NCBI GenBank assembly: GCA_951406725.2
Contig: OX597815.1
Coordinates: 49,538,001-49,602,000, forward strand
Length of the DNA stretch: 64,000 nucleotides
Direction: 5' to 3'
From: Octopus vulgaris
Lineage: Eukaryota
The first letter of the stretch is position 1. Every line of letters begins with the position of its first letter. Of the stretch, positions 38,961 through 52,328 are shown in pieces. A model generated the notes under the pieces. That model did no database searches. It was given only the letters and a program-made list of their open reading frames with translations, and had not been told where the DNA came from. The translations under genes and the position numbers were made by a program.

Positions 38961-40580
38961 ATAAAACATAATTGAAAATAAAAGCAGTATAGAAATAAAA
39001 GCCCATGGAGTGAGTGTTAATGATTTAAGTGAAACCAACAGCAACAGCAGCAATGTCAGCAGCTGCAGCAATCAGACAGAGTCTTCACAATCAGCAGCAA
39101 TAACAATAGTGGAAGGTGGTGGGGCAGAGGATGGTGGTGATGATGTAGTGAGAGGTGGTTAAGGATGATTTAGGTTGACACTTTACTGTTGTTAGTCGCC
39201 ACGCTCCCAGTGCACCCTAAAGACTGGCATTAAGTATGTATTAATAAGTGATATTGGGGAAGCCGGGCTAAGGATCTGCTAATCCACAGTCAATTCCCTC
39301 ATATCAGGGATAAATATTGGAATACAAAGAAGAGCAAAAGAAAAATGCAGAGGTGGGTGTGGAGGTGAATGTGAAAAGAGAGAGAGAGAGGGGGGAGGAA
39401 ATCAAAGCAACACAAACTAGAAAGTGGGATGTGTGACTGCAATGGAGGATTGGAATAAAAAAAAAAACAAACATAAAGTTAACAAATAAAAACAGAAGTA
39501 TGATATATAGACATGTGTGTGCATATATACATATATACACACACATATATATGTATACACACACATACACACACACATACATACACATATACACACACAC
39601 ACAGATGCATGCACAAACATACATATACATCCACACACTCATACATACACACATGCATACACACACATTCATATATATATATATATATATATATGAATTA
39701 TAGGAGAAGAAAAAGAAGCAGTACAAAGAAACAAGAAACAACAATGATGCCACCAAAACATACACAACCAATATTACAAAACACACCACCTCCACCACCA
39801 CCACAACCGTTACAATAACAAGTGGGAAGAGCCCCTCCCATCATAAAAAGTAAAGTGGAAAAAGAGAAAAAAAACTAAAAGTATAAAATAAAAAAAAATA
39901 ATGACCATTGCAACATCACAAACACATATGCATGTACATACATATACATATACATACACATGCATATCCATACACATTCACAAAAAGAGAAAGACGACTC
40001 AGAATGATATTCATATAAGTGATCAATTGCCATGATTCCGGTGGAATAGGTAATTCCTCTCTGTCTGTCACTCTCCTCTTTCGCTCTCTCTTTATCTCAT
40101 TGTATATGCACTAATATAGAAGAATGAGAAGTAATGTTTACCGTTTTTCTGTCTAAATCAATCTGCTATTTATTTCCTCCAATTAGTCTGCGACAGAAAA
40201 CCAGGAAGACAAATCAAAGAGATGTTAAATTGTCTGAACAACTCCCTTTATTGCTAAACAGTTAACATCTTTCATTAGTGTCGGGTTGTAAATCCAAGGT
40301 CCCCCATGCCAACGGTGGCACTAATCGGTGCTCGTAATAAATGGAACCGTTCTACATTCAACTATTCACCTCTGTCTCCTTGTCTTTCTCAAATATCTTG
40401 AAGGAGAAGTTAATTTATTTCTGATTAACATTGACGTTCTGTTAAATCCACTTCAGAATAAATAAAAAAAAAGACTTTATGAAGCATATAAAGACAGAAG
40501 TAAAAGAAGAAAATATATAGTTCAACAAAAAAATTATGGCAAATTTTGTATGTGTGTGTGTGTATATACATGTATATATA

Positions 40581-40623
<43 letters not shown>

Positions 40624-40904
40624 GGCAAATCAAAAGTAAAAGCAAAAATTACAAAAATTAGGACAAACACAGTAAGTGTAAGTAGAGGGTGGGGTGAAGT
40701 TTCATTGATGGCTCTTCTTCATGAAGAGGAAAGAGAAAAGGTCCAGAGAGAAGGAAAAACAGTCCAAGAAAAGCACATGTATGGTTACATGGCTGAAGTG
40801 ATACACACACACATGTGCATGGTCGCACACACTCACACATAATCATGTGTATGTATGCCTTATTTTTTACTTGTTTCAGTCAATGAACTGTGGACATGTT
40901 CACC

Positions 40905-41420
40905 TTGAAACCCTTCAAAGTTGACCTTGATGGAATTTGAACTCAGAATATAAAGTGTCAAAAGAAATGTCTCTAAAACATTTAATTGAATGAGCTAATG
41001 ATTTTACCAGTTTACTAGGCACAACGCCAGGAATTTTAGTGGGAGAATTTATTTAAATAAAATGGTCCCAGTACATGGCTGGTAATACATTTTATCAATT
41101 GCAGAAGTCAACCTCAGTGAAATTTGAGCGCAAAGAGCAATAATACTGCAAGACTTTTTGGCTGACGCTCTTAGAATTCTGGTAGTAATAATAATAATAA
41201 TAATGGTTTCAAATTTTGGCACAGGGCCAGCAATATCAGAAGAAGGGGCTAGTTGATTATATTGACCCCAGTGTTCAACTGGTACTTATTTTATTGAGTC
41301 CAAAGGATTAAAGGCAAAGTCAACCTCAACAGCTTTTGAACTCAGAATGAAAATTCAGAGAAAATGCCACTAAGTATTTTGCTTGGTATGCTACCAATTC
41401 TTGCCATTTCACCACCTTAA
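40905..41420 (-). mobile_element. Tandem SINE family B copies
   Basis: Three consecutive gaatttgaactcagaa-containing units. Confidence 0.75.
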
Positions 41421-41430
41421 TAATAATGAT

Positions 41431-42240
41431 TTTTTTTATTTGCCAGAAGGGCGAATGATGAGAGGAATAGTCAATACAAAGACATACAAAGTGTTGGGGT
41501 TTACATATAATGAAATGATAAAAATGAAAGTAAGTATACATGGTATACACTAAAAAAGAAGGAACATATGCAGTGCATACAAAGGTTAAAAAAGGTGGCA
41601 GGGAGAATGATGGAGGTGTAACCCTCCTGATACAGGAAGAATTCTAGGAATAACTGAGGAACCCCACTCTCTGAGATTTCCCTAAACACCAAGAGCAAGT
41701 GCCCTCTCCTATTCCTCCTCTCCGACTTACAGGTCTACACTGAAATAGGTACCATCCACTCTTGCAATTTTGCAACTTTCACCCACCTTTCAATAAACTC
41801 ACTCGTGGACAGTACATCCTCTCCACTCTCAATTGCCTTTTCAAAGGAAACTTAAAGAAGTCAATGAGAGCTCTACCAAAGAGGAATGTGTCTGTCCTCA
41901 TGCCTTTTAGCCTTGTCCATCAAGCAACCTCTTTCACCACAGCCACCAGACAAAAGAAAATTGCCTTGCCTGCCCAATTGAAAGAGAGCAGTGAGGCAAT
42001 TATCACTTTAGACTTGGCCAATAGACTGATCCATCCCACACATGACAGTAGCTGTTTGACATAACCTCAGTGCATGTAGAATGGTTTCCTCACTCTGCGC
42101 ACACCTTGCACAAGCCTATCTAACAGCACATCCATCTCAGACCAGTAGCACACCCCAGTAGCACACCCCAGTAGCACTGCCAGGCGAAGGACATCTGGAA
42201 ATTATCAAAGATAGTTCCTGACCAGAAAATCCTCAGGAAC
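41431..42240 (-). mobile_element. 5'-truncated Tx1/L1-clade LINE (ORF2 C-terminal zinc-binding region, 3' UTR, A tail)
   Basis: Minus strand: DNFQMSFAWQCYWGVL...C.RCAQSEETILHAL...FFCLVAVVKEVA*WTRLKG...FFKFPLKRQLRVER...EFIERWVKVA. Ends cccttctggcaaataaaaaaaa. Confidence 0.8.
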
Positions 42241-42241
42241 A

Positions 42242-42301
<60 letters not shown>

Positions 42302-42317
42302 GTAATAATAATAATAT

Positions 42318-43233
42318 TGGTTTCAAGTTATGGTACCAGACCAGCACTTTTAGTGGAGGGGTAAGTTGATTACATCGACCCCATTGCTCAACTGGTACTT
42401 ATTCTATCAATCCAGAAAAGATGAAAAGCAAAGTCAACCTTGATGGAATTTGAACTCAGAATATAAAAACAGATGAAATGCCTCTAAGCAATTTGCCTGG
42501 CATGCTACAGATTCTGCCAGCTTGCCACCTTCGGTGATAATAATAATACTATTGGTTTCAAATTTTGACACAAGGCCAGACATTTCAGCAGAAGGGTCAG
42601 ACGATTACATTCACCTCTGCGTTCAACTGGTACTTATTTTATCGCCCCTGGAAGGATAAAAAACAAAGTCAGTCTTGGGAGAATTTGAACTCAGAAGGTA
42701 AGGACAGGTGATATGTCACTAGACATTTTGCCCAGCATTCTAATGGTAGCCAGCTTGCTACCTTTAACAAAAATAATAATCCTTTCAACTAAAGGCAAAA
42801 GGCCAGAAAATTTTTTGGGAGAAGACTAGTCAATTATATCGACCCCAGAATTTCACTGGTGCTTAATTTATCGACTCTGAGAGGATAAAAGGCAAAGTCG
42901 ACCCTGGTGCCATTTGAACTCAGAATGTAGGTACAGACGAAATGGCACTAATCATTTTACCCAGTGTGCTATCAATTCTGCCAGTTTACTTCCTTTCTAA
43001 TGATAATAGTAATAATACTGATTTCAAATTTTGGCGCAAATCCAGCAATTTTGGGTTAAGTGGGTAAGTCAGTTATACAACTCCAGTGTTCAACTGGTAC
43101 TTATTTTATTGACCCCAAAGGGATGAAAGGCAAAGTTGACCTCAGCAGAATTTGAACTCAGAATGTAAAGATGGATGAGATACCACTATGCATTTAGCCC
43201 AGTATACTAATGATTCTGCTAGCTCACTGCCTT
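42318..43233 (-). mobile_element. Head-to-tail array of four SINE family B copies separated by (AAT)n
   Basis: Units at ~42318-42530, 42552-42765, 42780-42995 and 43020-43233. Confidence 0.88.
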
Positions 43234-43517
43234 GCTAAGATGTGGCAGCTACAAAAGTCAAACAAAAAAGGTTATCCCTATTGTCATCAGAGCATTGGGT
43301 TCAATACCACCCAATCTGAAAAAAACATCTGAAAACCTTAGAAATACCCTACAATCTACATGCATTGCAAAAGTCAACATTACTTGGAACTGAATGCATA
43401 TTGCATAGAGTACTATCTGTCTGAGTTCCTTGGTGTGACTTGACAAATTGTACAAACACCCGGTAGACACAATATCTTCAATCAACAACCTCACAATATT
43501 GTATACTGTGCAACATC
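43234..43517 (+). mobile_element. R4/Dong-type LINE 3' end
   Basis: AKMWQLQKSNKKVIPIVIRALGSIPPNLKK/HLKTLEIPYNLHALQKSTLLGT..ILHRVLSV*, then a short UTR and a ~300-bp (TAA)n tract. Confidence 0.85.
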
Positions 43518-43818
<301 letters not shown>

Positions 43819-44657
43819 TACCAACTTCTTTTAAAAGATACTGTAGAACCAACAAAAAAATACTATTCACTTCAATACTACTATCTATCTTCTGTATCCC
43901 TATTACTACCATGGGTGGTCCATATTATATTATATTATTAATGAATAATGGTTTGTTAGATCAGACAAGATTAAAGTACATAATTAATCTTACTTTTTTC
44001 TACTTCCTAGCTCTCACTTTCTAACTTAAATACATACATACATAGTACTCCTACCACACACACACAAGCATATACACACACAATATGCATGTGTGTGCAT
44101 GCATATGTCTTTGTGTATGTATGTGTTGTATATGTGTTTCTGTATACTGAAGATGGAAGAGAAACAGATTAACATAGCTGAAACCATTATTCCATATGCA
44201 CTAGCATTTATGCAGATGTACAGATGTATATATGCATATATTTACAAGAATATGTCCCTCAGCTGTTTCAACTATATCTTTCTTGAATGTGTTTATTTCT
44301 AATTATTTTACACACACATTCATTCTATATACATTTTTCTCTTCTCTTTGACTTTCTTTCTCATTTTCTGCATGTTAATATTTAAAAGATGACAGATGAA
44401 TATATCACTTTGTGAGCTGACAACTCATTGACCTCATATTTGTTGTATTTCCTTATGCATTTGGAAAGAAAATTTGATTGCACTTCATGTATGTTGGCAA
44501 TGCATTTTTGTTTTACAGCTTGAAGTTTTGGAAAAAGTATGAATACCCTAAGTTTCTATTTGTTGTTTCAGAAACTCCAACACCTTAAGATTCATTGTAC
44601 AAAGAAGTGGTACACAGTACCAGAAGATAATCTCCAACAACTTTTCTTTCTAAATAA

Positions 44658-44852
44658 TCCTTTCTACTATAGGCACAAGACCTGAAATTTGGAGGGAGGG
44701 GACTAGTGGATTACATCAACCCCAGTGTTTCACTGGTACTTAATTTATCGACCCCCAAAGGATGAAAGGTAAAGTCGACCTTAAAAGAATTAGAACTCTG
44801 AACAGTGACGGGCAAAATATGGCTAAGCACTTCATCCAGTGTTCATTGCCTT
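44658..44852 (-). mobile_element. SINE family B
   Basis: Family B unit. Confidence 0.8.
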
Positions 44853-45351
44853 TCTTCTAAATAGTAAGTGTAATTAAGAAAAAAATGAAGGAATTATTTC
44901 CTATTCTGTTCCTTTTAGTTAACATAAATTCTTAACCCCTAGATGTTCTGTATACTGTGCAGTAGGGCTTATATACAACACATGATGAAACTTAGGCAGC
45001 TCTGTGTGATTGTATAGCTTGTTAGAAATAGCAGCTAAATTTCCCAAACCACATCATATGACTTTTTAAAAATGGACACATTGGGTTATATAATTTAGCA
45101 TAGCCTGTTCCTAAAGGAAGGAGGAGATAGACACGGCTGGAATATATTTGATCATGTTTGTGCAATCAGGATTAAACTGGTCAAATAACCACAACAGTGA
45201 TGAGATGATATCAGAATGTGTCCAAGCAAGACCTGAAAAAAAGCACACCAGTGCTCCATTAAATCGTGAATTTTTTTTATTATTATTATTATTGAGTGAC
45301 AGAGCAGCATATGCCATCAGGGGTAAAATATACAAAGTCCAGTATACCCAG

Positions 45352-46340
45352 TCTCTCGCTCAAAGTGAAAGGTAGATTGTATGACGCATGAGTGTGAACT
45401 GCCATGCTTCACGGTAGTGAAACATGGGCTGTGACTGCAGAGGACATGCGTAGATTTGAAAGGAATGAAGCTAGCATGATCCGCTGGATGTGTAATGTCA
45501 GTGTGCGTGCATGACAGAGGGTAAGCACCCTGAGAGAAATGCTGGACATAAGAAGCATCAGATGTGGTGTGCAAGAGCGATGCTTGCGATGGTATGGTCA
45601 TGTACTGCGGATGGATGAGGAGAGATATGTGAAGAAGTGCCACTCCCAAACAGTTGAAGGTATCAGGGGAAGAGGTAGACCCAGGAAGACATGGGATGAG
45701 GTAGTCAAGCATGACCTCAGAGCGTTGGGCCTCACTGAGGCAATGGCGAAGGACCAAGATCCCTGGAGATGTGCTGTGACTGCAAAGACCCGGGCTGCTT
45801 CCTGCACCAGTTCCGCATAGCCCCTGCCCATTCAAAGTACCTTGGATTCCAGAACATCCCGCTGTGCTTGAGGAGACCTGTTGAGTCAAGTACATGAACA
45901 TCAAAATAAATATCAATGGAAATAGTAGTTGTGATACCTGTGCCGGTGGCACATAAAAAGCACCATCCGAATGTGGCTGATGTCAGCGCTGCCTTGACTG
46001 GCTGATGTCAGCGCTGCCTTGACTGGCTTCTGTGCCGGTGGCACATAAAAAGCACCATCCGAACGTGGCTGATGCCAGCGCTGCCTTGGCTGGCTTCCGT
46101 GCCGGTGGCACGTTAAAAGCACCAACCGATTGTGGCCGATGCCAGACTCCCCTGGCACCAGTGCAGGTGGCACGTAAAAAGCATCCACTACACTCGCGGA
46201 GAGATTGGCGTTAGGAAGGGCCTCCAGCTGTAGAAACTCTGCCAGATCAGACTGGAGCCTGGTGCAGCCCCTGGCTTCCCAGACTCTGGTCGAACCGTCC
46301 AACCCATGCTAGCGCGGAAAACGGACGTTAAACGATGATG
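45352..46340 (+). mobile_element. 5'-truncated RTE-clade LINE (ORF C-terminus and 3' UTR, the source of family R)
   Basis: RLYDA*V*TAMLHGSETWAVTAEDMRRFERNEASMIRWMC...LRWYGHVLRMDEER..GRGRPRKTWDEVVKHDL..DPWR (RTE C-terminus), continuous with the tandem gtgccggtggcac units and the (GAT)n tail. Confidence 0.92.
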
Positions 46341-46389
46341 ATTATTATTATTATTATTATTATCATTATTATTATTATTATCATTAATA

Positions 46390-47085
46390 TTACCATGAAA
46401 GCCTCTTGGATAGTTCTTAATTACTGGTTATTCTTTACTTCAAAGTAGGCAACAACAAATCACCAAAGGTTCCAAGTAGTGCTTTCTCCTGTGACTCAAA
46501 GAGACAATACTCTCCTTAGAATGTGAGCTGTACCCAACAATTCTGTATTCTGGATCACTTCGAGCCTAACAGTAGTTCCAATATTCTTAATATGTTTTTT
46601 AAAACCCTTGGAAACTGCTCCTAATGCTCCAGTTACCACCGGTATCACCATTACTTTCCTCATGCCCCATAATTTTCCTATCTCATCCCGCAGTGGATGG
46701 TATTTCTCAATCTTTTCTGTTTCCTTACAGTTCACCTTCGAGTCACCACGTATTGCAGCATCTATTGTCTCTACTTCTTTTTCATCTTTTGGATGAGCAC
46801 AATATCTGCTCGTCTTGCCTCTGTGACTTGGTCACATTGCACGTTAAAATCCCAGAATATTTTGTAATGCTCATTTTCCATTACCTCAGGCTTGTGTTCA
46901 TACCATTGTTCAGCTCTCGTGAGGTTTGCTTTACCACACACCAACCAGTGGACATATCTGGCCACATTGTCGTGTCTCCTTTGATATTTACATTGTGCAA
47001 GCTTAGAGCACTCACTAACAATATGGCTTGTACTTTCTCCCCTCTCAGAGCACATCCTACACTGGTTGAGAACCATTGCATCAGA
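46390..47085 (-). mobile_element. 5'-truncated R4/Dong-type LINE (zinc knuckle and REL), frameshifted
   Basis: ORFs 46771-47154 (CRMC..ESTSHIVSEC..RRHDNVARYVHW..IFWDF..RADIV) and 46496-46735 (EKIEKY..LW..VIPVVTGALG..LLGTAHILRRVL). (TAA)n tail on the minus strand at 46341-46390. Confidence 0.92.
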
Positions 47086-48789
47086 GTATGATTTGAGAAA
47101 GACTTTACTGTTTTCTTTTTGTTTTTGATTGGGTACAGAATTCCTTATTGGCACAACTTATACAAGACAAAGTGATTATTTTCATACTATATTTCACTTT
47201 TTCATATTTTACATCTAAATATATTACTGAAGTTGATGACTGAAATCAACTAATAATTAACTGAAGAAAATAATCTCATTGATGTTCTTAAACATATATC
47301 TCTGCTACTTTATGATATTATGACACTAATTTCAGTCACTGGGTACTAGTTATACTGGAGTGCCACTTTCAAGGGTATGAACAAATATATCAACCCTAGC
47401 ACTTGAAGTTTACTACTTATTCTATTTTATTGCCTGTAGGATAATGGAATGCAAAAGTTAACCTAGGTCTGATTTGAACTCAGAATATAAATTGCTTGTA
47501 ACAAAATACGATAAGGTATTTGGTATGATGGCTCTAGCAAATCTGCTATTCGTCATTCTGGCACAGGAAATGACTTTAGCTTAAATAATGTGCCTTGTCT
47601 TAAAAAGAACAGAAATGAAAAGAATAAAGAAGAACATTATTTGTGTTTGTATCATACAGGAAACTCTAATTGAGTGAGAATCCCTACACGCAGAATCTGT
47701 TGAAGATAATCACACAGACATAATTGACAATGCAGAAAAACAAAGAAACAAAGTGAGAAAGCTATCTTTTGGTATTCAAGCATGTCTCAGCTGTGTCTAT
47801 ATACCAAGGTAGATTTTGACATTTGTCCCACATGAGAAATAAAACAAGAAATAAAGACAGTACAGGGACTGATGTTAATGATTAAAACTCCCTAAAAATG
47901 GGTATTCCAGTATGGCTGCCATCACATGACTAAGACTAATAAAAGAATAAAAGCAAAATAATAAATTAGAAAGGCTTGAATAAATATAAGTATACTTTAC
48001 TCTTTGTATTGAGTACTTTTTCTCACCAGTAACATATGTTTTATCTTTTATCTTTTACTTCACTCGGTCATTAGACTGTAGCCATGCTGAGATACTGCCT
48101 TGAAAGGTTTAGTCAAACAAATTGACATAATACTTATTTTGAAACCTAGTACTTGTGCTATTGGACTCTGGCCAAACTGCTAAGTTATAGGTACATAAAC
48201 ACCAGTTTCCAGGCAGTGACATGTCATAAACAGTATGACTAATATTTTTTCTCTCTCCTCTTTCATCACATGAGAAAAGTCATTAGAACAATGGGTCTCA
48301 ACTATTCTCCCTTTGATTACTGGTGTATTCTGATGGATACCCATAGCCAATTGGATGTTTAAAAACTAGCTCCATACATACTTCTTTTAAAATTCCTATT
48401 TTATTTTTCACATGTCATTTGTATAGGTTTGCAAAGACAGTCACTGAGAGAATATGTTTCAGTAGCTGGAAATATGTTGAACTATGTGAAGAATTAAAGA
48501 AAGAAACCAAGTTGTTCTGATTACAAATGCTGCTGAAGTCAAACTTTGGCTTTCATCCCTTCAGGGCTGATAAAATAAAGTACAAGAGAAGTATTAGAAT
48601 CAATGAAATTAGCTTGATCACTCTCTTCAAAAACTGATGGCTTTGAACCCAGCAACAGACTGACATTGCATCCAGGAGATTGTTGTGATACACTATGGGG
48701 AACAGGTTATCAGCCTTATGAGTCAGGGCAAAGAACTCAAGAAAAATAAAAAAACAAAGGTATTTTGGATAAATATCTTTTGCTACAGC

Positions 48790-49395
48790 TTCTGGTCACT
48801 CTGCTGCCCATGAGTGAAGTTGACTGGATGAAACTGTGCGGAAGCCTGCTAGATGGGTTGATTCTGTGATTCAAAAGTCTGTCTTTATTGCATACGCTGT
48901 GATATTCTGATTCTGCTTGAGGATTTCGTTGGGCAATATGCTGTGCTTGGTGAAGTCATAGTAATGGCCGATGCCAGTGCCACCTGACTGGCACTTGTGC
49001 CAGTAGCACGTAAGAAGCACCATTCAAGCAGGACTGATGCCAGTGCTGGTGGCATCTAAAAAGCACCATTTGAGTGTGGTCGATGCCAGTGTCACCTGAC
49101 TGGCTTTCGTGCCAGTGGCATGTAAAAAGCACCCACTACACTCTTGGAGTGGTTGGCATTAGGAAGGGTATCCAGCTGTAGAAACTTTGTTAGATCAGAC
49201 TGGAGCCTGATGCAGCCTCCTGGCTTGCCAGTCCTCAGTCAAACCGTCCAACCCATGCCAGCATGGAAAGTGAACGTTAAACGATGATGATGATGATCAT
49301 CATCATCATCATGTGTCCGTGGTGTACACAACCACTTACATGCTAATTTAATGAGCAGCTAATTGAGCTGATCAAACAACTGAATACTCATTGTT
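48790..49395 (+). mobile_element. Diverged family D (Ceph-like) SINE interrupted by a family R insertion (~48940-49295)
   Basis: Pieces ..ctgtgatattctgattctgcttgaggatttcgtt | gtgtccgtggtgtacacaaccacttacatgctaattt.. align with 26070-26200 on either side of a family R copy. Confidence 0.6.
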
Positions 49396-49847
49396 AAAAC
49401 TGATGGAGATTTATTTAGTGTATGTGCGTGTGTGGGAGAGAATTTATGCATATGTATATATGAGAGACAGAGAGATAAAGATATAGCGAGAAGGAGTGTG
49501 AGAGAGAGGGGAGAGAGTGAGAGGGAGAGAGAGAGAGAGAGAGAGATAAAAAGTAAAATCAAATAAAAATAAACCAAAAAGCAATAAACTGTCTGGGGAC
49601 AGAACATAATAGAAGAAAATGTAAGGGAATTATTAAGAATTAATGGGAGAGAATCGGAAGAAATCTTTTAAATAGCTTTTAATAATTGTTTTTGTGACGG
49701 CACTTCTTTTTTTCTTGTAGTTTTTATGATTTTAGAACAGTTATTTTGTTTCTTATTAATTCTAGTTTTTCCCCCCAATTTTTTTTTAATTTCCTTATTT
49801 CCTTTTTGTTATCATGAATATTTCTTGTTGTCTGTCTTCTTCTTCTT

Positions 49848-49916
<69 letters not shown>

Positions 49917-50394
49917 GTTATTATTATCATTTCATTATTATTAAAAGCATTGTTATTGTTATTATTACTCTCATTGCTATTATCAGTATTGTTGTTGATG
50001 ATGTTCATATGGCATTTTTTGTGAATTTTCTTCTTTTTAAGTAAGTCTTATTGGCATTCTTGTTATACATCATCATCATCATCATCATCATCATTTCCAT
50101 CATTGTTTTTATTGATGATATTATTGTTTATTTTTTTCATTCTCTTATTGAACTTTCATCAATATGTACAATATTGAGTATTTTTTTTATATTTTTTCAT
50201 TTTTATTGTCTATGTATTATACTCTCTTTCTCTCTTCTCTCGATTTTCCATTCTCACTTATTTATATGCGTATGTATGTGTGTGTGGGTGGGTGTGTGAG
50301 TGCATGCGTAAATCAAGCAAAGTTTAATTAGTCATCCTGATATATTTGGTTTCTAATAAAAACGACACCACCAACCACAACCACCACCACCACC

Positions 50395-50426
<32 letters not shown>

Positions 50427-50750
50427 CAACAACAACAAATAAACAAAGAACACAAAAGAACACCACTGAAATTAATGAATACTTAACTAGAACAAATATC
50501 AAGAGTTGTGCCACTATGTGAAGTAGAACCATTTGCTGAGAACAATCTGTAAGCTTGGTCATGTGATAATATTTAAGGTTTAATCAGTAATGACCCAAGT
50601 TTATGCTGTGTCAACACAGTTTTCATCATGGTTTGTGATTTTCTTCAAAGAACATTTAAAATTTATCACATAAGGGCTGAGATTTGAAGCAAGGTTTGCT
50701 CCTTAAGATAGGTGGATTACAAGTGTAGACCCAGCCAGTTGACTACTAAA

Positions 50751-50968
50751 CCCTTTTGATACCAACCCAGCCAAAACCACTTCTGGCTCTGTAGTACAAA
50801 TGTCTTGTTTTTATAAGTATTGAATTAAAATCTTCCACCAAACCTTTGTCACAACTTATGTTCCCAACACGAGTTTAATGATAACTAAGTTCTTTTACTA
50901 AATTCTTTGTTATATTTAAAATTAATTGAATGAAACACAGAGCATCTCAAAATACAGTAACGAAAGGG
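50751..50968. mobile_element. piggyBac-like MITE
   Basis: CCCTTTTG...CGAAAGGG with TAAA/TTAA flanks; paralogue of 5568-5789. Confidence 0.8.
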
Positions 50969-50974
50969 TTAAAT

Positions 50975-51335
50975 TGGTGTTTCTCAACCATTCTTTTTAC
51001 CTATTGACCCCATTGATTCTTATTTTACCCTACTGGACCTTCCACATCCCTAGATAGTCAATGCTTAAAAAAGTCCTGTTATATTTTTATAATTAAATAT
51101 TATTAGCAATTGTATAAGAACAATTACTCTTTTACTCTTTTACTTGTTTTAGTCATTTGACTGTGGCCATGCTGGAGCACTGCCTTTAGTTGAGCAAATC
51201 GACCCCAGGACTTATTTTTTGTAAGCCTAGTACTTATTCTATCGGTCTCTTTTGCCGAACCACTAAGTTACGGGGACATAAACACACCAGCATCGGTTAT
51301 CAAGTGATGATAGTGGGGCAAACACAGACATACAA

Positions 51336-51380
<45 letters not shown>

Positions 51381-51557
51381 CACACATATATAAGACGGGC
51401 TTCTTTCAGTTTCAGTCTACCTAATCCACTTCTGTGCCTATGATTGTTAAAATATTTTGTGCATTGTAGAAATATAACCAATTTATTGCACAAATTTTTG
51501 AAGCAAAATCTAATGTGCCCCACCAAGTGCCATGTGGATTCCAGTTGAGAACCACTA
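50975..51557. mobile_element. hAT/Charlie-like MITE interrupted by a minus-strand SINE A (51126-51430)
   Basis: Termini ggtgtttctcaacc / gttgagaaccact with a SINE A reverse complement inside. Confidence 0.55.
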
Positions 51558-51796
51558 GCTTAAACAAAGTACATGTCCTAGTTTTCTTCACTTTCTCCCT
51601 CTTTTACTTCATTTACACCTCCATTTCTTACTTGTTTCTTAGCAATCCTAGCTTTAGCCCACCAAACATTTTCTTCCCAACCACATGATTTCAGGTTCAA
51701 TTCCACTGTGTGGCACCTTAGATAAGTGTCTTCTGCTATAGCACCAGGCCAATCAGTGCCTTATGGATTTGGTAAACAGAAACTAAAAGGAACAAT

Positions 51797-52230
51797 CACG
51801 TAAAGTGAATAGAACTTATGGAAGAGGGAGACCCAGGAATACATGGGACAAAGCACGAAAGGCTGATTTCAAGACACTGAGCCTTATGAAGGAGATAACA
51901 AAGAGCTGAGATATCTGGTGCCTTACTGTATTCAGAAAGATCCATCCACCAAAGCAAGATTGGTACCAGTGCTGGTGCCATGTAAAAAGCAGATGCTGGT
52001 GCTATGTAAAAAGCATTGGAGCTGGTGCCTCATAAAAAAGCACTTGTACTGGTGTCATTAAAAACACCCAGTACACTCTGTAGAGCAGTTGGTGTTAGGA
52101 AGGGAATCCAGCTGTAGAAACCATGCCAGAACAGACAGTGGAGCCTGGTGCAGACCCCAACCTTACCAGCTCCTGTCAAACCACCCAACCCATGCTAGAA
52201 AAGAAGATGGATGTTGAATGATGATGATGA
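51797..52230 (+). mobile_element. RTE LINE 3' fragment
   Basis: VNRTYGRGRPRNTWDK...DIW, followed by tandem gctggtgccatgtaaaaagc units and the family R tail. Confidence 0.8.
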
Positions 52231-52291
52231 TAATATATATGTGTGTGCATGTGTGTGTGTGTTTGTGTGTGTTTGTGTGTATATGTGCATG

Positions 52292-52328
<37 letters not shown>

